From the NCBI GenBank assembly GCA_949282135.1, contig CASDOR010000001.1, positions 2,730-66,729 on the forward strand: a stretch of 64,000 bases of DNA, read 5' to 3'. Below, in pieces: positions 29,301 to 44,300 of the stretch. The DNA comes from an uncultured Christensenella sp. GTDB lineage: Bacteria > Bacillota > Clostridia > Christensenellales > UBA1242. Below the pieces are notes generated by a model, which saw only the letters and a list, made by a program, of their open reading frames with translations, did no database searches and was not told the origin of the DNA. A program made the translations under genes and the position numbers. Positions within the stretch are counted from its first letter, which is position 1. Every line of letters begins with the position of its first letter.

Positions 29301-32300
29301 CTTAAGTTCTTTTAAGGTAAATAGAGAATTTAACCAAATTAGTGCGAAATGGACAAAAAAAGAATATACAGTAACCTTTAAGTTAGCTGGTGGAAATATA
29401 ACTAGTGGAAGTGGACTAGAGGACGTGGGTGGAAACATTGTAATTGAAAATATAGAATATGGTGATACGCAATCATTAATTTCAAACTTAATTGAAAGGA
29501 GTGGCTATTATTTAAGTGGATGGGCTCTTTCTGATGTGATTGGAGCTCCTGTTGTGTACGAGTATGATGAGACAGAATTTGTGGTTGAAAACAATACAAC
29601 ACTTTTTGCTGTATGGCAAGAGGCCTATACTATTACTTTATATCTTGATGCTTCTAGACAAAATTATGCAACAATTGCTGTTGATAGAGATAATAAGTTT
29701 ACAATTAATGGTGATGAGCTTGGAGGATACACATTTACAAGGTTTAATGCTTCAGATATAGGTGTTGGTCAAGAAATTGTTATAGTTGAAAATGAAGATG
29801 AAATTATAGAAAGTGCTAACACTGAATATTTTGTTAAAGGGGTAGAGACGGATTATCCTTTTAATACGAGCACCTCTTTCTTTGCTATGTGGTTTGGTGT
29901 AGAGTTTTTAAATGGGGAAGATGAAAATAATGTTGTTGACGATAATGCACCAAATGGGTTCTATGTTAGTTATGGCTCAACATTTACCTTGCCTCAAAAT
30001 ACATTTACTCCATCAGTTTATTATGAATTTGACAATTGGCTTTATAATGGTTCGCCATGCCTAAGCTATTTTACGGTAGGTACAGAAAATGGGCTTAGTA
30101 TGTCAAGTGGTGTTGTTGGATCTACTTTAAGTTTCACTGCCAGTTGGGCACTAAAAGAGATAAGAATTGATTTGTACTCTGATGAAACTTCTGACGGAAG
30201 TTTTACGAGTGAATATGTAAGTGGAAATGAATTTATTATTTCTTCAAAAAATGAAAATTTGCCTTTTAAAGTAAGTCATGAGATAGATTACATTTTAGAT
30301 AGTAATGATGACACAAGTAGGTTAGCTTATTTCATTAATGAGAATAATGAATTTGTTATTACTATTCCTGACATAACAGACGAAAGTGTTAAACAAGAAA
30401 GTGGCGAATTTTATTATGAACTATTCACCGTATGGAAAAAAACCTTAACACTTAACGCAAATACCGGTACGTCTAGTAGAACGCAGAGATACTACGCTGG
30501 TGTTACATATGACAAAGAGACTTATCTTGAAAATGTTGTGCCTGTTGATGTATTGTCAGAGGTGTCATTTACTCTTCCAACAGTAGGAGGCGAGAGTGGT
30601 GTAGATTTTATTAACCCACATATGGATTTTGTTTATTGGGCAGAACAAAGTAACGGAAGTGGGGAAACCTATTTAGGAGAACAAGATATAGTCTTAACTG
30701 AAGATAAGACGTTGTATGCTATTTGGGTAGAAACTCAATACACATTGCAAATTGTTGATGAGACTGGAATTAATGAGACTTTAAGTTTTAGTGGGCTTAC
30801 CTATGGTAAAAGCGGAATTTTAAGTAATATTTTTAGTGAGGTAAATGATCTTACTACAACTGATTTAGACGAAATAAATGGGTATTATGTCAATCTAAAA
30901 CGTTTTGTTTATACTTATAATGATAATCCTTCAAGATATTTTGGGTTTAATGATTTATTTGAGCTTTTAAATACTGATGAAAATGGTGCTTTTTATGAGG
31001 AAGATTTAGAGGATGATAATACCATTATTCTTGAATGTGTTTGGGAAGAAAAGACTTATGAGCTAGTTGTAAATCTTGATGGAGGAAGATTAAGAGACGG
31101 TGTAACATATGATGAGTATGACATTGCTTCAAATACATTTATATATGAGGTAAAATATAGCGAAATCAATAGCAGTGCTACAGGTCTAGAATTACTTTAC
31201 GATGGGCTTATAAAGAGTGGTTATAGATTTAATGGCTTTGCAGTAGAAGACGAGGAATTTAGCCAAGTCACAAGTATTAGTGGACGTTATTATTACTCAT
31301 TAATTAAAGATGCTGACGCGCTTGAGGCAAAGAATGGAGATAGTATTACTGTTGTTTGGCAGGAGATATTTACACTTACTTTTGACGGAAATGGCGGAAG
31401 TGTAAGTAATTTTGAAACTGAAAGCGAAGACGTTACACATGACGAAGCACATTTTGTTATTCCAAGTGATATTTCAGCTAGTTATCCACAGACAGCACAG
31501 TTTATGGGCTGGTGGTATACAAATTCAGTTGATGGAGAAAATGGTATACTTGCAAATAAGAATAAGTTATTACAAAATGGTGATAGTGTTATAATTACAA
31601 GAGACATAATGAATACTTATGGCGATATTGTCACCAACACTGTGACTCTTTATGCGGTTTGGCAAGTAAATATAAGGTTTAGGACGGAAACCATTGTACT
31701 TGGTGAGCAAGTTTCAGTTATGGGTTACTACACACCAGAAAGTGAAGACATGATTGAAATGCAAGGTAACTATTACTACTTTGAAGTGCCTTTCTTTGTT
31801 GGACAAGAAGTGCGTGCTAGTGACCTTGAAGGATATATGTTTGTGCTTGCTACATTAAAAGGCGAGAGGATTGACTATTTTGAAACAAGTGGTTGGATTT
31901 ATAATGAGAATATTGTACAAAACTTTACAGTAACTAGTCCTATTATTTTAGTTGCAGAATGGGTAACTACTACATTTAGGATTTATTTAAAAGACTATAA
32001 TGGTAGTGATTTTAACATAGAAGGAACACTTGTTGAAGTTTATGCTGAAGTGTCTACACAAGACGGTTCTTTAGACCCAGATAAGGCGTTTAGTGACTTT
32101 ATGCAAGCAAATAACTTTAGTCAAACACGTCCTAATTTATTCGGATATACCTTTATCGGCTGGAGACTTACATCAGGGAGTAATCCAGTTGCAAGTTCTG
32201 AAGCAGATATTTTTAGTTCAACAAATCACTATAGTCCTTTGACAAGGAGCTTAGATTTATATGCAAGTTATAGGGCGGAGAATGTAAGAGTTGTTTATGA

Positions 32301-35300
32301 CACTGGAAACGATAATGCAGAAACTGGTCAAGATGGGATTATTGTGGACTATCAAGTACCTTATGGTTCACAGTATAAGGTGAGAAGTGATATAGAGTAT
32401 ACGTTAGACTATCACAATTTGTCTGGTTGGACTGTGGAGGGAGAAGCAGGTACAATCACTTATGATGCTGGACAAAATATTCCTGTAACAACTGGAGTTG
32501 AAAGGGATATTTCTGGAGATACTGTCACTTATACTTTGACCTTACGAGCTAATTGGACAAGAGTTACAAAGACAATCCAAATTAGCCTTGATGGAGGTGA
32601 GTTTGATAACAATGGCGAGAATGATAATTTAGAGCCTTTCTATGTGGTTTATGAAGGAGATGGCGAGTACACTCCTGAAATGGGTAGTAGTTATGTTTTA
32701 AATTATACAACTGAAGCTGGAGTGCTTTATGTTACTGTACTTGTTGGGGAAGGTTATAAATTTAAGTTGCCAACAAGAGAGTATATGTTACGTGATAGTT
32801 ATCAGATTGGAAATTATATGACATTTAGCGGCTCTCAGTTTGTCGCTGGTAATGACTATGATAGTGTAGACGGAAATGCGGTAATTTTAAATACAAACTG
32901 GTTAGAGGAACTAACAATTAGAGTTTATGCAAATAGGAACGGAGAATATGATGACTCTGAGCCAATAATTATTGATAATCTTTTATACAATGATAGTATT
33001 CGTTTCTATGTTGAAGAAGATGTTGCATATATTGGATCTTATAATTCTCAAAATATGGTGCCAATTACTTTTGAACGTGATGGCTATTTCTTGTCGGGTT
33101 ATAGTAGTGTAAGTGACCCTGAGTCGACCACTATTGAAATTAACTACGATTTGACTATTCAGTCTACACTTAGTTTTAATGAAGAAAATTTTGATTTAGA
33201 CTTAAATTCTAGACGTTATGTTGATTTGTATTGTCAGTGGGAAGGGGAACTTGTGAGTGTTGCCCTTAAGACAAATGACACTGACGGGGAAATAATAGAA
33301 ACTGATATTGAGGTTAGGTACGGCGAAAGAGTAAACATAAGTGATTACTTCCTAGGCGATGAATATGCTGAGGAAGGGTATACATTTTCACACTTTGTAG
33401 ATAAAGTGGGAACTAGTTATGATAGCGAGAACTACTTCTTCACTCCTCTTCCTGGTAATGCCGATGAGGAAGACGTTGTGATAGATAATGATACTCAAGA
33501 CGTAAGAGATAGGTTTATTTTGACTGCTGTTTGGGAAGGCAAAGAATACAACTTGACAATAAATTTTGCTGAAACGACTTTTACGGGTAGATTTAATGGC
33601 CAAGATTATGTAAATGCGACTTCAATTACTATTCCAGTACAATATGATAGTGTTGATCCAGAGCCAGTAGATTTAAGCTCGTTTAGTGGGGCAAATTTTG
33701 TACATACTATCGATCAAAATCGCGAGAGAAAATTATATATTGCATCTGGTTTCACCTCTAGTGTGGATGGTGATGTTGTTACAAATAGCTTTACAATGCC
33801 AGCATGTGATGTTGTTTTGACTCTCCGCTGGATAAGTGAAAATTTCACACTTATTTTTGATGTTGACGGTTCGCTTATAGCAGGTGAGGATGGTGTAGTA
33901 TATACTGGCGCTGAGTTTAATGAGGCAGACCTTGGCGAAAATATGATGCTAGATGAAAGTGGAAATTTAATTTTGCTTAACAATAAAATTGGTGACAATA
34001 TTGATTTTAGCTTGCTTCCAGCAGCTACACTTGAAGGGAATAACTATTCGTTTAGCTATTTAATTGACTATTACTTAGCATTAGGAAATCGTTATGATGG
34101 TGAGACTAGGAACTATATGACTGCTTCCATTTTTAACCTAAATATTTATAATGGTGAAGGCATTATTTCAAATATAGATAAAATGTGGAGTGATACATAT
34201 GATAGCTTTGTTTACTATTTTTCACTTGATTGGGGTGGGTTGCAATATATAGTCCATTATGAAAACCAGTTACCTTCAACCTCTAATAAGTATGAGGCAA
34301 ATGCTACAGGAGTGCTTGTCGGCACATGTGCTGATGAAACGCATGCTTATGGTGTTATAAGCACTTTAAGTTCTGGGTTTGATTTAACAGGTTGGTCACA
34401 AACGGGATGGTCTACAGAAAGCAATGTAGAATTGCAAACAGATGAAAACACCATTGAGTTTGTTTTGTATGAAGAAGAAAATGAGGATGGGTCTATTGAT
34501 ACCGTTTATGGCCCAAAGCCAAAGGCTTATAACTTAGTCACTTCAGGCGAGGATGGACAAATAGTTACACTTTATCCAGTTTGGGAGCAAAATGAATACT
34601 CAGTTGTTTTTGTAGATGAACTAGGTAATAATTCTCTAAGTGGCGAGAACTTAAAGTTTAAGTATGATTCAATTTTAAAATTATCTAGCTTATATACTGG
34701 TGAAATTGAAAAAAAGACATTTAGCGAATATTACTACAATTTTATCGGCTGGAAACTTGCCAACTCAAGTAGAGTATTTAGCATGGAGGACGAAATACTT
34801 TTCTCAACTAGTGCTGGAGGTATTTTAACTTCAGCTGATCTAGGGGCGGAAGAAGGTGTCACATTTAATGCTTCTTGGGAAGAGGAAGAATATACAATTC
34901 GTTTAAAACTAGGAGAAGGAAAATATTCTTCTAGAACAAATGATTTTGAATATATTTATGATGCAACTACTAATACAAGAGATATTGTCTATCAGATTCC
35001 TTATTCAATTATAGAAAATGGGGTTGATTTAAAAGAATATATGGGATTAGACGATAGTCTTATCTCAAAAAATGACTTTACTTTTGCTGGATGGTCATTG
35101 TTAGCTGACACAAGTAGATTAGACTTCTTTAAGGGTGAAAAAGTAGAGTATGTTGTAAGTGACGTAGAGACAACTTTAAAAGATAAAAATTTTGAATTTG
35201 TGTTCTATGCTATGTACAATGAATATCTTGTAACTCTTGATGGCAATGGGGGGACAAAATTATCTTCTCTTGGTGATAGTTATTCCCATGAAGATAGTGT

Positions 35301-38300
35301 AAATAACTATACATATAACTGGGTATTGGAAGACAATGCTTTTTACCTTTATACATATCTAAATGCTAGTTTTGATTTGCCAGAAGTTTTGTTAAATGGT
35401 TTTGAAAAGGATAGGTATCACATATTAAATACCGCTGATTCAAATACCATAATTGTAACTGAAAACATAGTAAAAAGTATTAGTTGGGAAGGAAATTATA
35501 GGTTAATTGTGCTTGATAAAGACGGAGAAGGAAGTATTAATCTTAACAATTTCTCTTTCTCTGATTCAACATTACTTGGGGCGGAATATAGAATTGTTGA
35601 AATTTCGTCACCAGATGAGTTTTTAAGCCACCCTGGAAAGCTATATGTATATGTTTATAATGAAGAAGAAACCCTAGACAATAAATTTGTATTTGCGTCT
35701 TCTTATAATGAGGGTGAAACTTATTTTGAAAAGGTGTCGGATAGCGGGCATATCTATATTGCCGCAAGAAACGGGGATACCATTTCTGATATTAGTGAAA
35801 TAACGTTAACTACTGAGCGTAATTTCCTTGGTTGGGTCGATGAGAATGCAAATTATTCAACAAAAAACCTTATTGTTGATGTTAGTGACGATGAGGTAAT
35901 TTATCTTCGCGCTTCATTTGATAGTCCATATGTTTACTTTGAACTCAATGGTGGAATTTATCAAAACGAAAATTATATTAAACCTTTACAGGACGAAAAG
36001 CCGGAAAATGGGGTTTATACTGTTACTCTTCCGAGTGATTATGTAGGGCCTGCTGGGGTTGGACCTTTTAAGTTTGGTTACACGTTTATTGGCTGGTCAG
36101 ATGAATATATGACTTATGACGAGATTATGGGTGAAGAAAACAGTCAGACTGTGCTTGATAATTTATATAAGCATAATGACGAATATTCTATCACTGATGG
36201 TAGAAGTAAAACATTGTTTGCTATTTGGCAACCAAGAGAAATTACTTTTGTTTTTGATGCAAAAACTTCAGAAGGAGACTCTACTTCTCTTGAAGGTTTG
36301 CCAACGGCCAGTGTAAATGCTAGATATGATGAAAATCTTGTTTTACTTGATAGAACAAATGAGGTTGTTTCTAAATGGACTTACTCAGGGCATGCATTTG
36401 GCCACTGGATTATAGATGGCGTAGAGTATGCGCAGGGCGAAACTCTTTCAGTTTCATCACTTTGCGAAGGGTATGAAAGTGTTCCAACACAAATAGAAAT
36501 TTATTCTGTCTGGATTAAAGATAGTATTACAATAAGAATTAATTTAGGTAATGATAATACAGCAAGGTATATTGGAGACGAGGAAGGATATGAACTTATT
36601 CGTGAAAGCGGAAATACTTATCTTATTCTTGAAACCACTTTATCTTCAGGGGAGCAATATACTTTCTTAGATCTTGGCAATATGTATAGATTTGGTATGA
36701 GTGCAGTTTCTTATAGTGATAGTAATGGAACTCCATATCAAAGTGGTTCTAAAGTTACAATTTCTGAAAGCATGATTGAAGAAATTAATGGGGAAGACGT
36801 AATTACTTTCACCGTAAATTGGGCAAATGCTCAAGCGTATATTAGAAACTTCTACGGAGAAAACACTAATGTCCACAAATTCTATGACACACTTGAGAAT
36901 GCTTTTCTGGATTTAAGTGCTGAAGAGCTTAATTCTAGAGATAGTATTGAGGTGGTTATTCTTCGTGGTTCAACATTCTATTTCTCAAATACCATTAACA
37001 TTAATGCAAAAAATGTAACAATTAGCTTTGATAATTCAGCAACAAATAATGTTGTCTTCCGTAGAGATTCGAGTTTTAGTGGTAACATATTTGCTGTGGG
37101 TCAGGGTGCTTCTCTAACTTTCTCAGAATTATCTTTATACACAATTACTTTTGACGGAGCTGAAAGGGTAGGTGATTCATTCATTTCTGTAAATGGAGGA
37201 ATACTTGAATTAAATAATGTTATATTTGTAGATAACATATCAAACAACAATGGTGGAGCAATTAGACTTTCAAATAATGCTACGCTAACTGCGAATAATG
37301 TTACTTTTGAAAACAATGCTGTTAGTTCTGAAAATGCTAGTGCATATGGTGGTGCAATTTATATTGAGGGCAATTCAAATGTTAGTTTGACAAGCGCTTC
37401 TTTTACAAACAACTCTGTTTTAGGCTTAGGAGCCAGAGGTGGTGCTATCTATCAAAATGGTGGAATACTTAGCATATCAGATAGCATGTTTACAGAGAAT
37501 TCTGCAGAATCAAGTACTTCTTCTAACAGTTTTGGTGGTGCAATTTATACCACTCTTACTGAAGTTAGTATATCTGGAGATCTTGAAATAACATCAGAAA
37601 ATAAAGTTTTAACAAGCGTATTCTTGAATAATACTGCTTCAAGTGGTGGTGCAATCTATATAGGTAGCAGTGCAAACAATTCTATAGCGGGTGTAGAATT
37701 CCAAAGTAACACAGCAACAAATGGAAATGGTGGTACAATTTATCTTTCTTCTGCTTCTACGAAAATATCAAGTTGTAACTTTACAGGTAGTGTATCTAGC
37801 CAAAATGGGGGAACTATTTATGCTAGTGAAGAAAGTGAAAGTGTACTTACAATAAATATGGTTACAATTTCAGATTCTGTTGCTACAAATGGTAGTGGTG
37901 GAGGCATATATGCCGAGTGCTCGATTGATTCAAATTATTTAATAATATCAGATTCTTCCGCAAATGCTGATACTGGACTTGGTGGAGGAATATATCTTGG
38001 TTGTTTGAGTAGTGTTATTAGCAATACAGCTGTCTTTAAATATATATTACTAGATAACAACTCTAGCTTTAATGGTGGTGGTATTTATATAAACGAAAAT
38101 ATTGAAGTTACTATTGACACTACTGACGTGTGGGAGGTTATTGGATTAGATGAGTTTGGTCGGGATAAGTATGCTTGGGTTAGATATTATCCAGAAATAT
38201 CAAACAACATTGCATCAAGTGGTTCTGGAATTTACTACAATTCTTCATTAAATAGTACTATAAACGAGATTTCTATTTTTGGCAATTCGCCAAGCGGGGC

Positions 38301-41300
38301 AAGAGAGTCTTATAATGAAAATAATCGTGGTGGTGGTATTTACTTTGCCAAAGGATTACTTACTATAAGTTCTTCACAAATTTATAATAATACTTCATAT
38401 TATGGTGGCGGAATTTATTTACATGGAGATAATAGTGAAGAAGACGGTTATCTTGCAAGTTTAACTTTAAATGATACTTATATTAGTGATGATGGAATTA
38501 TAAATTATGCTGTAAATGAGGATGGAGAAGAATATATATCTAACTATACCCAAAGCTATGCAGGAAACACTGCTTATTATGGGGCTGGGCTTTACATTGC
38601 AAGAAGAAGCAATGTCGAGTTTACAAGCGGTAAAATAATGGGCGGATATGCTTATACAAGTGCAGCAACAATATATAATGAAGGTAGAGTAAATCTTGGA
38701 GATGTTATGATGGGGCAAAATTCTTCTAATGATAGAGTTACAATTTATAACATGGGACAGTTTATCATTAGTGGGAATGCTTTGTTTGCGTCTGGTGAAA
38801 GAATATATATTGAGACTATAGGTGAAGGAAATGTAGAAAATAACACCTTTAGATATATTGAAATCACAAATGAAAATTACTTAAATGATTATAGAATTAT
38901 AAACATTGAAAATGGAGTAGAAGTAGAGGACGAAGCACAGGCTAATACTGGGATCACTCTAATGTTTGATGAGGAAAATTTTGCAATTGGTAAGGATATA
39001 GTAAAATTTATAAATGAAACGGCCTTTAACAATTATGTTGCAAATAATGAAACTTCTATTATGTTTGGGATTGAGAATACTCAAGAATTTTTACTAACTC
39101 AAGAGGGAGAACCACGTTTTTCACTTACAATTAATTATAGTAAACATAATTTCTTCTTTAGAGATGTTAGCCTAGATCAAATAGACTTTATGAATTATGA
39201 CGAAACATTAACGTTTACATATAATAGTTCATTTAGTGAAGCGGATTTAGAAAACATTAATAGTATATTGTCAGACTCTCGTACTGGATATACTCAAATA
39301 GGCTGGGTATGTTATATTTCAAAAAATGATGAGGGAGAGTTGTTTTATGGTGGAGAGTTAAATCAAAACACTCTTGAAATTTATGACTACTTAAATGATG
39401 ACGAGTCAAATCCTTATCGTGACTCATTTGCGTGGGTAAATACTTTATTTGAAGAGGGATTTGTTTATGGACATTATGACATGTATTTGTATGCAGTTTG
39501 GGAACCAAATAGCTATGATATAGAATATAAATATGACAAAGATGACTATTTATTTAATGGCGAAGCATTAACAAACGACAACTTAGACACTGTTACACTT
39601 CCAGCTCCAGATGGACTAGGATATTTAAGTGAAATTAGGTATAATAAGACCTTAAAACTTCCAACAGCAGATGAGATTAATGGATATAAAGTTGTCAATG
39701 CTGAGACTGGTGTTTTATTCGGTTGGGAATACGAGTTTGTAAATAATAGTGGAAATAATGCAAATATGTATCCAGAACAGATTAGGTTTATGGATGAAAG
39801 CAAAAAAGAAGAACAAGTAATCGACCTTAAGTTTGTAGATGGATATTATACTTTTACCTATGAGGAAACTTTAGGTGGGGTTATTAATTACAGATTAGAA
39901 CAGGTTTATAGACCAGACAATTATGTATTTAGCCATTACTTAATTAATAATATCTCTTATGAGGGAGGAAAATCGTTCACAATAAATGCTAACACAATAG
40001 ATACAAACTCCTCTATTGTTATAACCTTAGTGTTTGAGAGGATGAGTACAAATGTTGTTATTAACTTGGGTAAGGGTGAGTATTTGTTTACATCAGGACT
40101 TGATTCTTCATTAAACGAGGATTCCTCTACAACTGATGGTGAAGCGGTTATAATATTAGACGGAAACGTTGGAGAAGAAATGAATCTTCCAACTGATAGA
40201 GATTCTACTCAATATGTAGTAAATGATGGAAACTCAACTTACTATGATTACTATTATGTTTATAATCCTGGCTATGCTCTTATAGGATACGCAAGTACTG
40301 AGGATGCTAGTGAGGTAGAATTTTATGCTGACATGCCTTTTGTTGTTACCCCTTCTGCAAGTGGTAATGTTTATTTGTATGCGATATGGCAAGAGGCAGT
40401 ATGTTATGTCGAGTCAGGAATTATAGTTAACAACAAAACATTTGACTTGTATTTCTCAAGCCTTGAAGATGCTGTGAGTTATGCAAATGCATCACTTGGG
40501 AATGATACTATTGTAATGATAGAAAGTGTTTATCTTTCAAGCCCTATTGAAATTACTTCTTCTATTACAATTACTTCTGAAGATAATGGAGTTGTAATAG
40601 GACTTAGTGATGATTTTAGTACAAGTGATCCTATGTTTACGATAGTCAATTCAACAAACCAAAGTGAAAGGGTTAGTGTTGTATTTGGTTCTAGTGAGTA
40701 CACTACTGTAACTGAGAACACACCATCTCTTACTTTGACTACATGTAATGAAGAAGGTATTAAAAATACAAACAGAACTGTAAGTTTGCTTGTTATAGAA
40801 AACGGAAATAGTGTGGTTATCAATGCAAATATAATCTTAACTTCTTCTAATCTTTCTACCTCTTCAGGTAATGCAGGTGAATATGGTGGTGCGATTACTG
40901 TAAGTGGTGAGCTTGAGATAAATGGGGCAACATTCACATCAAATTCTGCCTTGAATGGCGGAGCAATTTTAGTTAAAACAAATGCTAATGTTACTATAAA
41001 TGGCGGATACTTTGGGCTTGAAGGCGAAGGCAACGAAAATATGGCAAGTAATGGTGGTGCTATTTATCAGAGTGGCGGAAAGCTTACAATTAATGGGGCA
41101 ATCTTTAGAAATAATAATGCAACTAATGGCGGAGCAATTTACTATAAAGACGGAGAGTTTATTATTCCAGATAGTGAAAAAGAAATTAACACCGGCGATG
41201 TTTTATTTGCGTCAAATATTGCAAATAACACTGGTGGTGCAATTTATGTAGAAGAATTAACAAGTCAATCTTCGCTCATTTTTGAAAATGTGTCTTTTGA

Positions 41301-44300
41301 CAAAAATACTGCTTCAAGTGGAGGTGCTATTTACTCCCTTGGATATCTAAATTTAGTCAATTGTTCTTTCTCGACAAATAGTGCAACAAATGGAGGAGCA
41401 ATCTTCTTTGGACGAGATTTGTCATTAGCACAGGGTTTAACGGAAAGTGAATTGATGAATTTACAACAGTTGATAATACAAGGTGGAAGATTTACAAATA
41501 ATAGTGCTTATTCTCTTGGTGGAGCAATTTATACAACTTATACTACAATTAATATTAGTAGAAATTCAGACTCTACTTCAAATGTTGTATTTACTGGAAA
41601 TTCTGCGCAAAGTTCTTCAAGCTCTGGTAATGTTTATGGTGGAGCGGTCTATTTGAACGCATCTAGTGGTAATTTTGCAAATGTTGATTTTAGTTATAAT
41701 TATACCGCGACCCAAACTAATAATAGGGACACGTTAGGTGGTGCGTTATACGTGAGTGGTGGGTCACTTAGAATAGACTCAAGTACATTCACCAGCAATG
41801 GTGTTATGGAAAGCGGAAGTAGGACAAGGACACAAAATGGTGGAGCAATTTATATACTTTCCTCTAATCTGGAAATATATTCTTCAAGTTTTTCACAAAA
41901 TAAGGCAACAAAAAATGGTGGTGCTATATTTGCAAGTGGCACTGCTATGGCACTCAGTGATACAATGACTAATGTTGGAGAGCTGATATTTAATGAAAAC
42001 ACTGCTGGAGGGGCAGGTGGAGCTTTGTATATTATAAACAATAGCTCACTAGTAATAAATACTAAAACCTCAGAGGAAAATTTGAGTTTAACAAATAATA
42101 GTGCAGGCACTTATGGTGGTGCTATATACTTTGGTTCGACAGCTATTCAGAGTAGCACTATTGCAAATTGTACTATTTCATTAAATTCTGCTTCAAATGG
42201 AACAAATATTTACGTTAACTCTGGAACATTGTCACTTAGTGAAATTACAATGGATAGTGGAATTGAAGAAGATGTTTTAATTTATATTGCAAATCTAGGA
42301 AGATTAGATTTAAATGGAACTGAGATTTTAGGTATTATTTATGTTGATTCAACTGCAGAGTCCTCATTTGGTAGACTTAGCATGAGTGGAACTTCATATG
42401 TAAAAGATATTTATCTATCTCAGTATTCATATGTTTCAATTGCTGGAACAACTTTAAGTAGTTCTAGATATGCTAGTGGGGAAACGACAAATATAATCGT
42501 ATTCGGTGCAAGAGAAGAGCTTATTAATGTGACGAATTTAAACAATGCTAAAGATTTAGTAGTCTTTACTTACGCAAATTATGCTGCTGAATGCGAAGAT
42601 TATTTTGTCTTAGGTGGTTTATATACTCAAAAGTTTGATGCTAGTATTAGTCTTGAAGATTATGCATCAAGTAGACTGGGCGGATATACTATCTATAGGT
42701 ATACAACTTCACTTAAAGTTGTAAAGAGGGCAGATTCTATTCAGATAGATCCAAATGGTGGTGTTTTAACCTATCGTGGAGAGGAACATAAAGAAGCATT
42801 TATAGTCGAAGTTGGAGAGGAATATACTACTCTTTCATTCTTAAGTGAAATTGAAGGCTTCCTTATGGGATATACTTTAAGTGGTTCTTATAGAAGCGGA
42901 AATGAAATTTACACTGCAGACTCTGAAATACCAATTTTATTTACTACTATTACAGCACAATGGACAAAGAAAGATTTTATTGTGGCGAGTGTTTCAAGTG
43001 TTCTATCGCTAGGTAGTTATAACGAATCAATTACCATGGGAGGAAGTCAAGTAAAGGGCTTTAACACAATAGGTAGACAATACTATACTTTTGATCATTA
43101 CTATTTGGCATACTTGGATGTAAATCAAGAGTTGCAAGAAAGACCAGATATTACTTTCTATCCAAATAGTGTAGAAAAAGTTAATTTCTCATTTACTTAT
43201 TTAACAGAAGATATTTATAAGGCAATTGATGCATCTGGATTATCTGCAAGTAACTACGCAAACCCTACGGTATTCCTTGTTAGTGTATTTACAAGAAATA
43301 CAGTAACAGTCAATATTAATGGTAATGGAGGCGTAGCACAAGAAAAAGAAGACGCTCTTCACAATAGACAAGTTAGTGAAGACGGCACAACTGTTACTTA
43401 CACTTATTATCAAGATGAATTAAGTCTATCTCTTACATATTTTATGAATGACTTTGGTATGACAGGTCATGCGATAAGAGACTTGAATCTTACGGTTTAC
43501 AATGACGTAGAAGTTATTGCAAGCAATCCAAGGCAAGGAATAAACACTTATCCATCTATTGAGAATGCAACTAGAGTTGAAATTATATGTAACTGGTATG
43601 AAGTTATTGCGTATGTAAGTAGGACGGAAAATACCAAGGAAACGATTACCTATTTTGGTAAAGAAGAGGACAGTGACACTCTAGAAGACATTTTAAATAG
43701 ACTAATGAACTTTATTCGAAGTGATGACGAAATAGTGTTTGTTGTGGAAAATTTAACACTTGAAGCACCTATTACTATTAATGAAAGAGTAACAATTTCT
43801 GCGAATAATAATGTTGTCTTTAGAAGAAGTTTAGCACTAAGAGATAGTATGCTTATTGTTGGAAGTAAGGGCAATGTAACTTTTGCAGATTCGGAAAACA
43901 TAATTACATTTAATGCAGAAACTAGTTATCCTATTGCATACAGTACAATAGAAGTAGAAAATGGCGGAATATTGACCCTTGGTACTTCAGTTGAAGTTAT
44001 AAATAGTAACACAAGTGCAAATGGAGCAGGTATTCATTCAAGAGGAACACTTACAATTGATGGTGCAACTATTTCTAATAACAAAACTTCGTCATATGGT
44101 GGCGGTATTTATTCTTGTGGATATCTAATAATAGTTTCTGGTACTATTTCAAATAATAGTGCAACAAGAGGCGGTGGAGTTTATGTTGAGTCTGAGACTA
44201 TCACAAGTGGTTCATCTTCAATAAGCCGTGGTGGCACGTTCACAATGTCGGGAGGAAATATTACTTATAACGATGCACAATTTGGTGCTGGGCTATACTT